NCBI RefSeq assembly: GCF_000497125.1
Contig: NC_090599.1
Location: forward strand, 310,001-374,000
Direction of reading: 5' to 3'
DNA length: 64,000 nucleotides
DNA from: Spironucleus salmonicida
Lineage: Eukaryota
The position numbers were made by a program, and so were the translations under genes. Shown one piece after another: positions 13,917 through 27,400 of this stretch (position 1 is its first letter; each line of letters opens with the position of its first letter). A model generated the notes under the pieces. That model saw only the letters and a program-made list of their open reading frames with translations. It made no database searches and had not been told where the DNA came from.

Positions 13917-14375
13917 TCAAATTATCTCAACAGTGTAACCAATATATGGTATTCTTTATTACTCTAGGAATATTTTTTTCTCTGACCAAAGCTAGTCTAC
14001 CCATCCATCCCAGGTTAACTCCTATTTTGATCGGAAAATAGAAGAATAGCAATAAAGTAATTGGTCTTCTCTAAAATCTACTGAAGAATTCCAAGCCTCC
14101 CGATGTCTAACCGAACTAATGAAATCAAGTGCTCTGGAATCAGGTGTACCTTCCGACTGAATTTAAAAATTTTGTATAGCAACTGGTATCGAGCTTGCTG
14201 GATTTATACACTTCGTGAAAGGTGGTTAATTTTCTGATAGCTTACAATTCTATGATATAGGATAAAATATTAGGTTTGGAGTAGAATTATTTAAGTAAAT
14301 CCTAATATTTGGATATGTTAGCTATAAATATTTTACTAGCACTAGATCAGTAGGAACAGATGGTAACCAATCCAT
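13917..14375 (-). CDS. Hypothetical protein, 152 aa
   Basis: Code-6 ORF MDWLPSVPTDLVLV...YIGYTVEII*; its stop abuts the stop of the convergent gene. Confidence 0.65.
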
Positions 14376-14417
14376 TTTATACTCAGAAAAATTAAATAAT
14401 ATATACTATAATAAAAT

Positions 14418-14975
14418 TCACTTAAACTAAATTTATTTATTCCTTATTTGAGTGCTTGTTTGCTATAAAGCAGAGAACTGTAATCTAGCTTTTTCTTTTC
14501 TTAGATTGCTTTCCTATAATATTTAGTTATAATTAAGAGGTTGGTTGCGTATATTAGTAAAATACTAATTAGTACTAGTTAGCTGCAGTTCGGGCATGTT
14601 TTATTCTAAATCATTATTATTTTACTATAATATTTGTTTTTATTAGCTTTAGAGGGTATCTGCCTCAAGAGATTTCTGCTATAATAAATTTGATACTGTA
14701 GAAAGTGAATTAATTAAAGATCTATTTTCCTCCTTCAGCTATTAAATTTCATCTTTTAGTTAAATTAATAGCTCCTCTTTATAGTTAATTTACGTATGTA
14801 TAGCTGTTTATGGCGTATGAAATCCTGATGTTACTGGGCTGCTAATTGGTATTTTTGTTTCCGATAAATAAATTTCTATTAATATTTTATACTCACAGGA
14901 ATTTTAGTGTTCTATAAGTTAATCTTAGTCACAATCTATAAATTAACATCCTAAAAGTTTGTATTTGCAAGTCAT
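14418..14975 (-). CDS. Hypothetical protein with a TRAF-type zinc-finger-like N-terminus and coiled coil, 185 aa
   Basis: MTCKYKLLGCQF...LIEHQNSCEY; ends AAGTGA. Confidence 0.6.
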
Positions 14976-15039
14976 TTATTTGTAAATTAATATATAATAT
15001 ATAATTAAATAATATTTATCTTTTCTAAATTTTATAGAA

Positions 15040-15858
15040 ATGTACATTAGAACTAGACAGGTTGCAGGATAAAATGGTGATATGTAGTAGACAGAAAGAA
15101 ATTCACATATTTATAATACGCTATCATAAAATGCATATAATAATCTGAAAGATACTGATCCTTCAGGAACTAGGCTTTATACAAATGCTAGTAATTTAAC
15201 AAATACGAATATTAATAAATCTAATGTTAGAACTCTACAAACTAATCATTTAAGAGCTCCTACATCGAATACATTTTTATCAGATGCTAATAATACGGCT
15301 TAAGAAAGCTACGAAAATAAAATGCTATTAGTAGATTAAATTCCATCAATATGTGACACTATAACAGCATTGAATATTGAAATATAAGCAATAAGGGAAT
15401 AGGGGTTTGATATCTAAAATGAAGTAAAAAGTTAAATATAAAAAGAATTTACTACCAAATATGCTGATCTTACCCGCCGAGTAGAGCAAGTTAGTCACTT
15501 ATCAAATGCAATATAAACTAAAAATGATGCGCTAACAAGTAGAGAATAATTGAGAGATAATATTATTAGTATTCATGATGAAGCTCTTACAAATTTTAGT
15601 TAAGTTTTATAAAAGTTAGAAAGAAAAATTAGCGATTTAGAGTCTAAATCTATTGGAAAAGATGAACTTGATGTAAGAATTAATAATCTTGAACATGATG
15701 TAAAATAAATGTGGTCATCCATGTAAAATTAAACTGTTGCATTGTAATAAGAAGTAAACTCAAATATTACGAATATTATGGGTATTCTAGGTTTATTGGA
15801 GCAGAAGAATAAAAGTGTACAGTTATAGCTTGAACAAATTAGAATGATTAGAGAATGA
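15040..15858 (+). CDS. Coiled-coil protein, 272 aa
   Basis: Code-6 ORF MYIRTRQVAG...IRMIRE*. Confidence 0.65.
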
Positions 15859-15940
15859 CATTTTTACTTATAATATATCTAATATATTATTTTACATTTA
15901 TTATTTTACTTCTAAAGCTCGTTTCCACTCCAATTGCCGA

Positions 15941-16105
15941 ATGTCCAAGTCTAAGGTACATACATCCAGAGGTAATTGCAAGAAAAACCATAAAAACGGT
16001 ATCAAGAAGTGCAGATTACCTGAAAACGCCAGAAGACCCGGCATGAATCAGAAGTACATTCGTAATGTCCATCACGCTCGTGTTGGTACTCTTGCTAAAG
16101 AATGA
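15941..16105 (+). CDS. RPL29: 60S ribosomal protein L29 (eL29)
   Basis: MSKSKVHTSRGNCKKNHKNGIKK...GMNQKYIRNVHHA. Confidence 0.92.
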   Translation: MSKSKVHTSRGNCKKNHKNGIKKCRLPENARRPGMNQKYIRNVHHARVGTLAKE

Positions 16106-16190
16106 TTAAATTTATAATGATAGATATATCAATTATTTTAGTATTAGGGTATTTTACTTAAATATAACATGTACTTTCAAGCATTATCAC

Positions 16191-16478
16191 TCATCCACAT
16201 TAAAATACTTGAAAAGCCAACTATCCAATATTAAAATCTATGAATCTATTTTTATCATGGGTAACATATGAGCTAAAGTTTCTACCAACGTATACATGCC
16301 ATGTGGATTTATATTCTTTGTCAACTTCTTTTTTGATGAATGCAGCAATATCTTTCTCAAGATTGAAGCGCTACAACGCGTTCTTAGAAATATTAACAAT
16401 GAAGCGTTCAGTGTCTTCGGGGACATCATTAGTGTTAATAACCACTTTAAAATCCTGACCAGCTTCTTATGCGGACAT
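16191..16478 (-). CDS. Dynein light chain, LC8 family
   Basis: [34 protein letters not shown]. Confidence 0.92.
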
Positions 16479-16813
16479 TTTGAAAACCAAAAATTAATAT
16501 TTTAATATAATACAGTTTTAGTAATTAATATTGAAATTGCGATAATTGTGTTTTCCATAATTTCTAAAATTTTGAAAGGACCTGAATCATTATATTATTA
16601 TTTACGTGGAAAATAAGAATTAAACATTAAATTAATAACTTTTTCGAGTTATTTCATACCTAAAGAATCTTTAGTATATTAAAACTTAATATAGTTAAAT
16701 AAAAGCTGCAAACCAACAATACATATTTTACCAATAAATATAAGTATATTACTGCAGTTTTCGTTATTTATAATATATTATCAGAAATCAGTGTATTTAT
16801 GACAATCCAAAAT

Positions 16814-17464
16814 TCACTCAAGAACTACCTTCAAATTGTTTAAAACACCAATTTCCTGAAGCAGCTAAAATGCCTTCTCCTCCTATCTGACCACTGAAGC
16901 CATTACGATTTCTGCTTCCTTATTATTAGCTAAATAGTGCATTTTATGCTTGTTTTTGATTTCCTTGAACTGGGATGCATAGGATTTTAGATCCTCAACT
17001 GTTTATTTTGAAGCTTAAAGCTGACCTAAAACGGTAGAAAGTTGTGAAGACTACGTAGTATTAAAAGATAGCTGGTTTTTCATTCCTAAATTTTCGGTCT
17101 GGGTGATTTCAAGCTCCTTAGCCGTTCTTTCTGCCTCGATTTGAAGCTGTTAAATTGTTACTTGCTCCTACTCGATTTAGGTTAATAGTTTCTTTTTTTC
17201 TGTGTTAATTTTATCAGTACGGTAGTGGATTTATTTGTTAAGTTTCACATAGTTAGCTTCCAGAGACTCTTGAAGACTAGTAAGCTAGGCACTGAATGCC
17301 TCTATTTCCTGCATTTTCTTCATAATTGATTCTCTGGCTGTGATCCCTTCTTATGACACCTCTTAAATTGTTTTAAATAATTCAGTGAGTTTTTCTTGAG
17401 ATTTTCCTACTTCTTTCATGTACATTTCTATATTTTAATCAACAGACTAATTTGTTTTAGACAT
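16814..17464 (-). CDS. Coiled-coil protein, 216 aa
   Basis: Code-6 ORF MSKTNQSVDQ...LKVVLE*; ends GAGTGA. Confidence 0.7.
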
Positions 17465-17683
17465 TAGAAAGGAAATATTGAGTAATATCTATAATATATT
17501 TGTATAATAATACAATACTAAATTATAAAAATCATTTATTATAAAAACTTTAATCATATTCTTTAAATATAAAATACCTTATATTATATATCTATTATGG
17601 TATAAAATAATTTTAATCTTATCAAATATAGTATATATTATAATATAGTGAATATCAATATAAGTTCAAGCCACTTCACTATT

Positions 17684-18115
17684 ATGATTCATTTCTTACT
17701 TGCTTAAAATAAGGTAGGTCGTACTCGTATTGCTAAGTACTATGTAAAATATACTCCAGAAGAACGCTCAGTATTAGAAAGAGAAGTGCACAGAATTATA
17801 ACTACCCGTGGTAATAAATAAACAAATTTTATTGACTATAGAAACTAAAAAATCGTTTATCGTAGATATGCGGGTCTATACTTTACTATTGCTTGTGATA
17901 ATACTGATAATGAGCTAGGTATGATAGAGGCCATTCACTTATTTGTAGAAACCATGAACAGACATTTTGGAGTCGTTTCAGAATTGAATTTAGTCTTCGA
18001 TTTTGCAGTAGTGCATCTCATCATGGATGAAATATTTTTAGCAGGGCATATTCAAGAGACTAGTATTCCTAGTATACTTAATAATGTTAAATAGCTCAAT
18101 TTGTTTGAAGAGTGA
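17684..18115 (+). CDS. AP2S1: Adaptor complex sigma subunit, AP-2 sigma-like, 143 aa
   Basis: MIHFLLAQNKVGRTRIAKYY...KIVYRRYAGLYF...EAIHLFVE...ELNLVFDF...MDEIFLAGHIQETS. Confidence 0.85.
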
Positions 18116-18203
18116 AATTTATCCTTATTTAAATGATAAGAATTTTATTAATTAGTAAATTTATACGAATTTTGTTAGAAAATAATTTTTCAATCAAATA
18201 AGA

Positions 18204-18761
<558 letters not shown>

Positions 18762-18842
18762 TTAAAGTGGTGAAGCGGCGAAGATTTGAGAATATTTCTT
18801 TATTATCATATAATAGTATATACTATAAATAATCGATTTAAG

Positions 18843-19370
18843 TCACTTTAAAAGTTTCGCCAACTCAATTGCTTATTCTTTAACATATGTCTCAAATGGT
18901 TCGACAATTTATCTTGATGGCTAGAGTTTTTTTAACTATTGCTCGATTATATCTAATTGCTAAGAACTTCCATCATCCATTTAAAGAACAGCTAGTAGTG
19001 TTTAAACTCTTTTTCTTTCTTAGATATCTGCACTGATAGCTGCTTAATTTTCTAATAAACGCTTTACAGCAAATAAAAGAATTTCAGCAGCTTATGAGGC
19101 CTTCTCTAAATCTTAAAATTCTCTATCAACTCTTTTCAATAAATCAGATGAGCCTTTTGCAATTGGATCTCCAGACGGATAATTTTTTAACTGAGTCTCT
19201 AATCCACTAAATGCAGCCTAAATTGATTATGCTAATTACTCTTGATCAGGTATTGACTGTAATAATTATTATATATTAATTGAAGACTGTTATACTTATT
19301 TTACTGGTTACTGAGGAGGTAATGAGGACTTTGCAGCTGTTGTTGAAGCGAAATTACTTCTTCCAAACAT
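18843..19370 (-). CDS. Hypothetical protein, 175 aa
   Basis: Code-6 ORF MFGRSNFASTTAAK...AKLLK*; ends AAGTGA. Confidence 0.65.
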
Positions 19371-19410
19371 TATTTTACTAATAAATTTTCTGTAATAATA
19401 TATAATAATA

Positions 19411-20754
19411 TCATTCACTGTCCTCACCGTCTCTCCACTCAGCTCTCTAAATAGCTCTTTCTAACTCTGGGGCATCACCAAAATTAGTTATAATAAACCT
19501 TAAAACCTGTCTAATATCTTCAATATTTTTATATTTTTATTTGTCAACATATTAGCTAACTGTAATATCCCAATAATTAGCAAAACTACACAATATCTAA
19601 CTTGAAAAATATTCAGGAATCTCATTATTATATTCTAAATTAACCATAAAATGCTAATCATAAAACTCTTTTGTAAAATACATTATTTGTTTATCAAACA
19701 TTTCGTCAAAATTTAAAATTTTTTCTTTAAAATTACGATCGCAAAAACTCAAAAACTCAAAATCATATGTTCTAATTTACTTTAAATAATTACTACATAA
19801 AGAACATATTTCGTTTTCAATACTATCTTCAAACCTAAATGACTTTGCAATAATCCAAATTTAGTTTGAAATATTCATGAATTTTTCAATTTCATAACTA
19901 GCTAAAAGCTCATTTTTAAGTTACTCTAATATTAAAGTCTGCAAATTTTCAATTCCTATTTCATTATTTGCCAAAAATAGATTATCTTCGAAATCTAACT
20001 CGATTTTGGTTTCTTCTAAAAATTCGCTTACAACTTTTAGAACAGTTAGTTGACATAGCTTCTTGATTTTATTAGTCAAAATCTTAACATTTTTAGCATC
20101 ACAAACGATATCATGTTTTCTAAAATTTGCTAAAAGATAAAATATAACAACTTAAGCTAGGATTGATTTAGTTAATTCCAGATAATTGCAATGAAATAAG
20201 CAGCATCCAACCTTAGAAATTTCAGTAAACTGAAGGTATAAATCAGCAAAGAAATCAGTTAAATTAAGTCTTGCAGCTGTTAAAAACTACCTTTAAATAT
20301 AAGGTTACAATTGTAACTCTGTCAGTTTTGGAGAAAATGCTAAGATAATATAATTAGATGGTGTGAAAAACCAATCAAATGGAAGGGGTGTGAGACGTAA
20401 TTAAGATATATATTAAACCTTTCTATTATCCAGATAACTATAAATTAAGTTGAAATCTTCTAAGATTCTTTCTGGTGGTTTAAAATTTGTAACGAAGCTG
20501 ACCATTTCTGATAGAAGGGCAAAATCTTCAGTTTCTAAGATATTTTTATAGAAAATTAACTTTTTGATGTCTTATTGTAGAGATTGTAAATCTTAATAAC
20601 TGATAGAAATTATGAATAAGTCTTGTGATGGAATTTAAACATCAATTGATGCATAATTCCTTGTTAATTCTTCATTAAAACTTTTTATTTACATTTACAA
20701 GTGGTGTTACTTCTATTATAGTCCTTACAGTTACTAGAGCTATGTTAAATGCAT
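19411..20754 (-). CDS. Hypothetical protein, 447 aa
   Basis: Code-6 ORF ending AEWRDGEDSE*; start and stop in frame. Confidence 0.6.
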
Positions 20755-21314
20755 TTCTAAATATGTAATATTAAATATATAATTGGTTATAATTAAAAAA
20801 TTATTAGATAGAATATAAATATTTAACTCAAAACAGATTTATTGGTGGTATTTACTATAAACTTAAGAATTTACTTAAATATATGCTTACTTATGATGGG
20901 GTTTAGGGGGTTAAAGTATTTTATACAAAATTCTCAGTATTAAAAGCAAAAGATTATTATTCACTATAAATTAATAAGAAAATAATTATTAAAAGGAATC
21001 ATTAATTTACGTCAGAAATATGATTATATTGTTAATAAAAAGTCAAAATAATTTTTGTAAGATTTCATATAATGCCACAGTTTTAATTATGGTTATCAAC
21101 TAAAGCATTAATCTATTATTTTGTATTATGCATACACAATTCTGTAATACATAATATTCTATTCCAAGAAATTCCATACAATTGCTGCCATCAAATAGAT
21201 TGACCTTAAACTAATTCATTTTACTTCAATCACTATAAATTTTGTTATTTTATATATTTATAAGTATCTTGTCTACAGTAATATCAAATATATATATTTT
21301 TTAGTAATACTAAT

Positions 21315-21713
21315 TCACTCATCACTTATCTATATAAGATAATCATAAAACTACTCTTCTTATAATTCATTTGCTTTGGAAATTATTTTATCTTATACTT
21401 ATGGGTCATTCTTCATCAGTAATTTAGGCAGTACTATTTGTATTATGATTGACCTTTTTTAATCTAGTAACTAACTTATTAATACTGCTTTAACATTCTT
21501 TAATTTGTCTTCTAGTTTCTCAACTTATTATTTATACATTAGACTTTTAATTGATTACAAATTAATAGGTTCACATGGCAAATTCTACTTGAAATAATTT
21601 TCGCATTAAATTTCCTTTTATGTAATATAGCAATTTAAATTTTCTATTAAATCATCTAATGAATAAATTTGTAGAAGATCTGATAAAGGTAAATTAATTT
21701 ATTAATCGTTCAT
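21315..21713 (-). CDS. Hypothetical protein, 132 aa
   Basis: Code-6 ORF MNDQQINLPLSDLL...ISDE*; ends GAGTGA. Confidence 0.6.
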
Positions 21714-21771
21714 TTTTGATTAATATTATCTATTTAATATTATACATATACAATGTTAAAATTTATTTATA

Positions 21772-22824
21772 ATGGGCGGGTGTATTTCCAAAAAGAAAAT
21801 GTAAGTGTCCAAACCACCTTTATTTTAGTCTTGTAAAGAGATAACTTCAATAGAAATATAATAAGTATCATAAGAATTAATTATGTTAGCTTCAAAACCT
21901 GTTGAAGAAAAAACCTTGAAAGAAGTTAGTATAGCTGTTAAAACTATTATTCTTAAAACTCATCCTAGTGAAATAAACACTCTGCAATTAGTATTTAAAC
22001 AAGAAATAGGTTAAAATTTGTTAGATGTTATTAAAACAGAAGTTGGCAAAAAAGAATTCCGGGTAATTGCAAAGTTATTGTCTAAAGAAGATGAACTTGT
22101 AATTTCACAAATTTAAAGACTCTAAATATTAATACCACCTTAAACATGGTTTATAATTGGTATGTTTTTAGGTATAAGTTAAGAGATATACGAATAATTA
22201 GAAGCTAAATTTCTATAAGATAAAAATATGCTCATCTCAGAGTATATAATTCAAATGTTAAATAGATTTACTTTTGAATAGATGGTAATTAAGAAATGGT
22301 TTAATTGGAAGTTTGTAAAGCTTGATTCTAATGAATAAATTATTAATAACATTGTATCACAAGCAAAAAATAAAATGTTTTAACCTGATAAATTTGTATA
22401 CTCTATAATTTAATTACGTTAAAGAAACTGTGTAGGACTATTTAAAGCATAATTCATAAAATAGGTTGGCCAAGATATTTATACTTTCGTTTAGTTTAAA
22501 TTTGATGAGGATGAATAAGTTATTGTATAATTAATTTTGGATATTATAATAGATCGAAGAAAAGCATTATTAGATTTCCTATTTGATATGGTAAATAATG
22601 GTGCAGAATATGATAATAATGAATTAAGTTTTAATTCCAATATTAGTATAAAAAGTATTATTAGAGGATTTACATTTGATTTAGACATGGTTTTGAGCTA
22701 TACTCACTTGTTTAGATATGAATTACCAGTAAAACAGGAATTTTCAGAGTTTTAATATTTACTGTTTAATTATGTTAAGGGATAAACTTATAGATACATA
22801 TTAGATCTATGGGGTTTTGAGTGA
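21772..22824 (+). CDS. Annexin / alpha-giardin-like protein with a predicted acylated N-terminus, 350 aa
   Basis: MGGCISKKK start; annexin-like segments (LQLVFKQEIGQNLLDVIKTEV); C-terminal LDLWGFE*. Confidence 0.65.
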
Positions 22825-22999
22825 GTATTTTATCCTTAAATATTTTATTCACTACTTTGAAATAGGTATTACTACTTAATTATCTTTTATTATTATTTAT
22901 TATGTTAAGTTATATATGAATGTTAAGTTTTTAATATTTTTTGTAAACAATAAAATACAATTTACGAATTAGCACTATAATAATTAAATGAAATCTTAA

Positions 23000-23949
23000 A
23001 TTATCATGGCTTTCAATTTACTTGTTACTTGAGTATTTTATTATTACTAAATATCTCTTTTATTCACATAACCAGTTTTAGTATATCAAATAGAAACGAT
23101 AAGAAGAACCATAACAATTTTATATTTAGTGAATGTAATTATTTTTCAATATTATTTCAGACCCACTAAGTATATTATGACCTGTCAGTTAGTTGTTTGA
23201 TATTGATTTATTAAATTCGTCACTTGTTATAACTAATACTGATAATATATAAATATTAAATTAGCATCAAAGTTATGATCGTCAAATATCTATGATTTAT
23301 ATTATAGTGATTTATTTGGTTTTAACTAAACTCATTAATTAGAAATATGTATTGTAGCTTAAAAAATCATATTTTATTGAGAAAAAGTAAATTTGATATA
23401 CCGTTTCTCTTTGTTTAATCATGCAACAACTTGATTACATTTTTATATTTTCTATCTTACAGAAATTTAATTTTTAATTCAAATATTTTAAATGTATTTA
23501 TCCGTAGCATAAGCTGTAAATAATCAAAAATATTATACTAAATAAAAACAAAATGTGTATTGTCTAAGTAATTAATATTATATTAAAAAATGAAATATTT
23601 ATACTAATAAAAGTAGAAATCAAATAGTTTAATAAGTTTTAATCATTCATAAAATTAAATTAAGGCAGTTTCGAAGCAGGTATTTCGGCTACGGAAGCTG
23701 CAAAACCTAAATTTGGGCTAAAACTCGATTTAGTATCTTCCTAGCGAACTTGGACTGTTGGGACCTGCTGTAGAGCATTCGGATGCACGAACTAAGCTGT
23801 TTGCTGGCAGTCTGTAATAAGTTGGTGTCCAGGGGAACTATCTGGTGAGGCCGTCCAAAGCGGTGGCAGGGCGCGGCACGAAGGCCATTCTGCAGTACTT
23901 GCGGGAAGTGCTCGATGTTGAGCTTTTCATCGAGGAACTTAATTTGTGA
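23000..23949 (+). pseudogene. Decayed inverted copy of the LRRC40-like gene; only the last ~300 bp are conserved
   Basis: 23650-23949 encodes the same C-terminus as 4971-5270; upstream there are only faint AT-shifted matches; left boundary approximate. Confidence 0.45.
23650..23949. repeat. About 300-bp inverted repeat, copy 2 (partner 4971-5270)
   Basis: Direct sequence comparison. Confidence 0.95.
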
Positions 23950-23950
23950 G

Positions 23951-24373
23951 TCAGATAACTTCACTGCAAACACTGATAAACAATTCATAACTGACAAAAC
24001 CATCCTAATCCGCTAATTCACGCATAATATCAACAACATCATCTTGGTGACATGGTATACCAATTCGGTTTAAATTTTTAAAGATGTCCACTTAAACCTT
24101 TTGCTTGTAATCAGTATCATTAGCTAAGAACAATATAGTTTTACTATCATCAGGATCTGCATTATCAAGAATATAAACTAATCTAACAAAGTCTCTTAAT
24201 ATTAATTTTTCAGGAAGTTTAGCTACCTCAGTTACTTTTTTCACTTATTCAACTGTAACAGGTATATTCAGGGAAAAAATAGCTTTTGGTACTTCCGATA
24301 ATTTCAAATATGAAATTTTTTCAACATCAGCTTCGATAAACAATTTTGTATAAAGCTCAGGATGATATTTCAT
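23951..24373 (-). CDS. Divergent calmodulin-like EF-hand protein, 140 aa
   Basis: LFIEADVEKISYL...LFLANDTDYKQKV...DVVDIMRELADQDGFVSYELF. Confidence 0.65.
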
Positions 24374-24430
24374 ATTAAAATTTTTAAAGTATATATAATT
24401 TATTAATATAAATATTAAATTAAATTGAAA

Positions 24431-27400
24431 ATGAACTTGTAATCATATTTTGCAACATTTGCACAATCAGACACTAATGAAGATATTTTTATGACGAGAC
24501 AACAATATTAAGAATTAGAATCATATATTAAATAGCTTTTTGAACTTTAGAATATTTAGTAATAATTACGTCATCTTTTTTCATCATTCCCTATTCCAAA
24601 TCCCAATGATAACCTTAGAATTGCTTGTAGAAAATATTATATAGTCTTATATTTTGCTCTTTCGTCTATGCGAAGATTTCCATAATTTTTACATCCTTCG
24701 GAGAATTCTGATAACTAAGCAAAGAAATTTGCACCAGGGAAAAAGAAAAATACTCGCCACATAGACTTAATGGATTAAATTGGGACTGGTGGTCACGAGG
24801 TTCTATTATAATTTATAGGTGTTGCGCTTTAAGCTCTGGATTTTATTAAATTTAGGTGTATTTCTGAGTTATCATTAAAAGAAACAACACGAAATTTATA
24901 TGGTACTGAATATTTAAGTTAGTGGGAGTATCAAGGGAAGAATGGATAATTGGATTATTGTGCTTTTAATGTAGATAAGTTATTGCCTATTGAATTAAAA
25001 GCAGTTTATCATATTGCTCTAGATGTTATTGGTTGTATAAGATCCAAAAATGTTATTAAAATAATTTAATATTATATCAATAAAAATTTATAAGAGTTAA
25101 AAGGAACTTTATAAAAGTAATTTTTAAATAGCTAGGAAAGTTAAGGAGTTTCTGGAATTTTAATTTAACCCAAATAAAGTGTATTTCCATATTAATGTAT
25201 TATAATTGGTGGTTTATTAGGTAGCTTAGGATCAATTTACTCTTAATCAATAGCGTTTTATATACATATTTATATTGAAGAAGTTGAACGTAAAAAATAA
25301 GACAAAGAGATATAGATGGATAACACATGTATTTAACATATTGTATAGGAAGTTTAATCCTTGATTTTAGGTGTAGTATCAATCTACTTTGAAAATAATA
25401 AAACATCCGATATAGTCGAATCGAAATATGATTTAGGAAAATAAAAAGAAGGCGTTAATTAACCTAAATAAATTGAAACTAAGTTTGATATAACATTTTA
25501 TGACACATTTCATTATTTAATATCATCAGTGTTGCTACCTTTAAAATAACTTGTACAGTTTTATTCAGATCAAAGCTCAATTCAAACATAATATTTTTAA
25601 TATTCGTTTTATATTAAATTAAATTAAACCTTTTACTAAAATTTATAATAAATTTATAACTTAGGCAACGTTATTTTGACATCAAATGATACCATTAATA
25701 GATTAACTGGGAAGCAGCTTAATTTTTTTGATATATTTAAACTATTGACTTTTAATATTGAAGAAGTAAAAGCTTAAGCAACTAATAAACCATCAAATTT
25801 ATAATGCGTTTTGCATAATTTATGGCCTTCTTAAACTTTATTACCAGATTAATTAGTACATTTATTTGATTATGACAATATTATTTTTGATTTTTCAGAA
25901 ATTATACATGTTTCTTTATTAAATTATAAATAGGATGATCTGAAAATTTTTTAACAAAAAATATCAGAAAAGAAACATGTCTTAGTATAAATTGAATGTA
26001 TTTCATGGATAAGTATTTTTAGAGGATTTATTTTATCATTATAGTATTTTTAAGCAGATAGAAATATATTATTCTATTAAATAGCAAAATATCAACTTTC
26101 ATACATTATCAGAGATTATGATCGTATAGAAAGAAATAGTTATTTCCCATCATTATGTTTTGGTGAATATTAAGATAGTTTATCAATGATTTAAGAATTT
26201 TCTGATTCTAACGTATTTTTTTAGGATATGTATAATGATAATATTTTTAGTTAGACTCCACAATAGCAATTACACATGATAAAAGATACTAATTTACCCA
26301 AGACTTAAATAATTAATTATATTAATTCGTTTATTGATGATTCTATTTTCTAAACTATAATTTAATTAGCAGATCATTATGTATGTTTATCATTTCAGTT
26401 AATTGAAGGTCTCGTTATAGTGCTCAAGCTAACAAAATATTTCTAGTCAGGGAAATCAATAAACTATTTAACTGCTAGTAAGTTGATTAACGTTATTTTT
26501 AAAACATAAACGATCATTTCAAAATAAATTTATTTACTGAAAATATTAGTTGAGTTAACTCCTGAATTCAAAATTGTGGTAACAGATATAATTTCATCTT
26601 TCATGCTCTGTAAAGAATAAGGAACTTCTATTGTAATAAAAGAATTAATATAACTGAAGGATAGTACAACTTTATAAAAAACTGAAGAGGATGAATTTTT
26701 AGAGATGGTATTTAATTAAATTAATGAATTTTCAAAATTATCATCATTTTTATCTTCGCCGTAATTTGAAAATGATATTACCAAGCCATATTACTTTTTA
26801 AAAGAGTAAGACAAATTAGTAATCTCAAATTTAAGAATTCTTTCAAATTTTTTTGTCCAGTCAGTTTTTAATGGAAGTGAATTTGGACAGTATATTAACG
26901 ATTGTAAAGAAAGCCCTAATAAATAGTTAAATATTATGTTAACAGTGTCCTGGTTCGCATCCTATTTACTAGGAGAATGTACATCTTTTAAACCAGAAAC
27001 TGAGCTGTTAGATAAAATTCAGTAATTATTACCATAGGTCAATAGTTAATATTCATAAACATCATTAGGACTATAAACATTTTAAAGATTTAGTATTCTT
27101 AAGCAAACTTTATTGAAATTATTTCACTAGTATCCATCTAATGAAATTATTAGCTAATTTTAATCTATTTTTAATTCAGTTATAGATATAAATGAGTTAT
27201 AGCTTATTTTATAACGACCATTATCCTTAGATACTTCTAATATATAAGATTAATATTAAATTTCAGAACGATTATTAGTTTAATTTTTCCTATCGGCATT
27301 AAAAAATGATATTGCTTCTAAATCGTATACAATTTCATATAAATTTCAGAATCTAGTTTATCAAGATATTTAATAGTATAATATTTATTTTAATCAACCC

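Noticed and set aside
20897-20912. Telomere-like GGGGTTTAGGGGGTT
   Set aside because: Too short and not a tandem array
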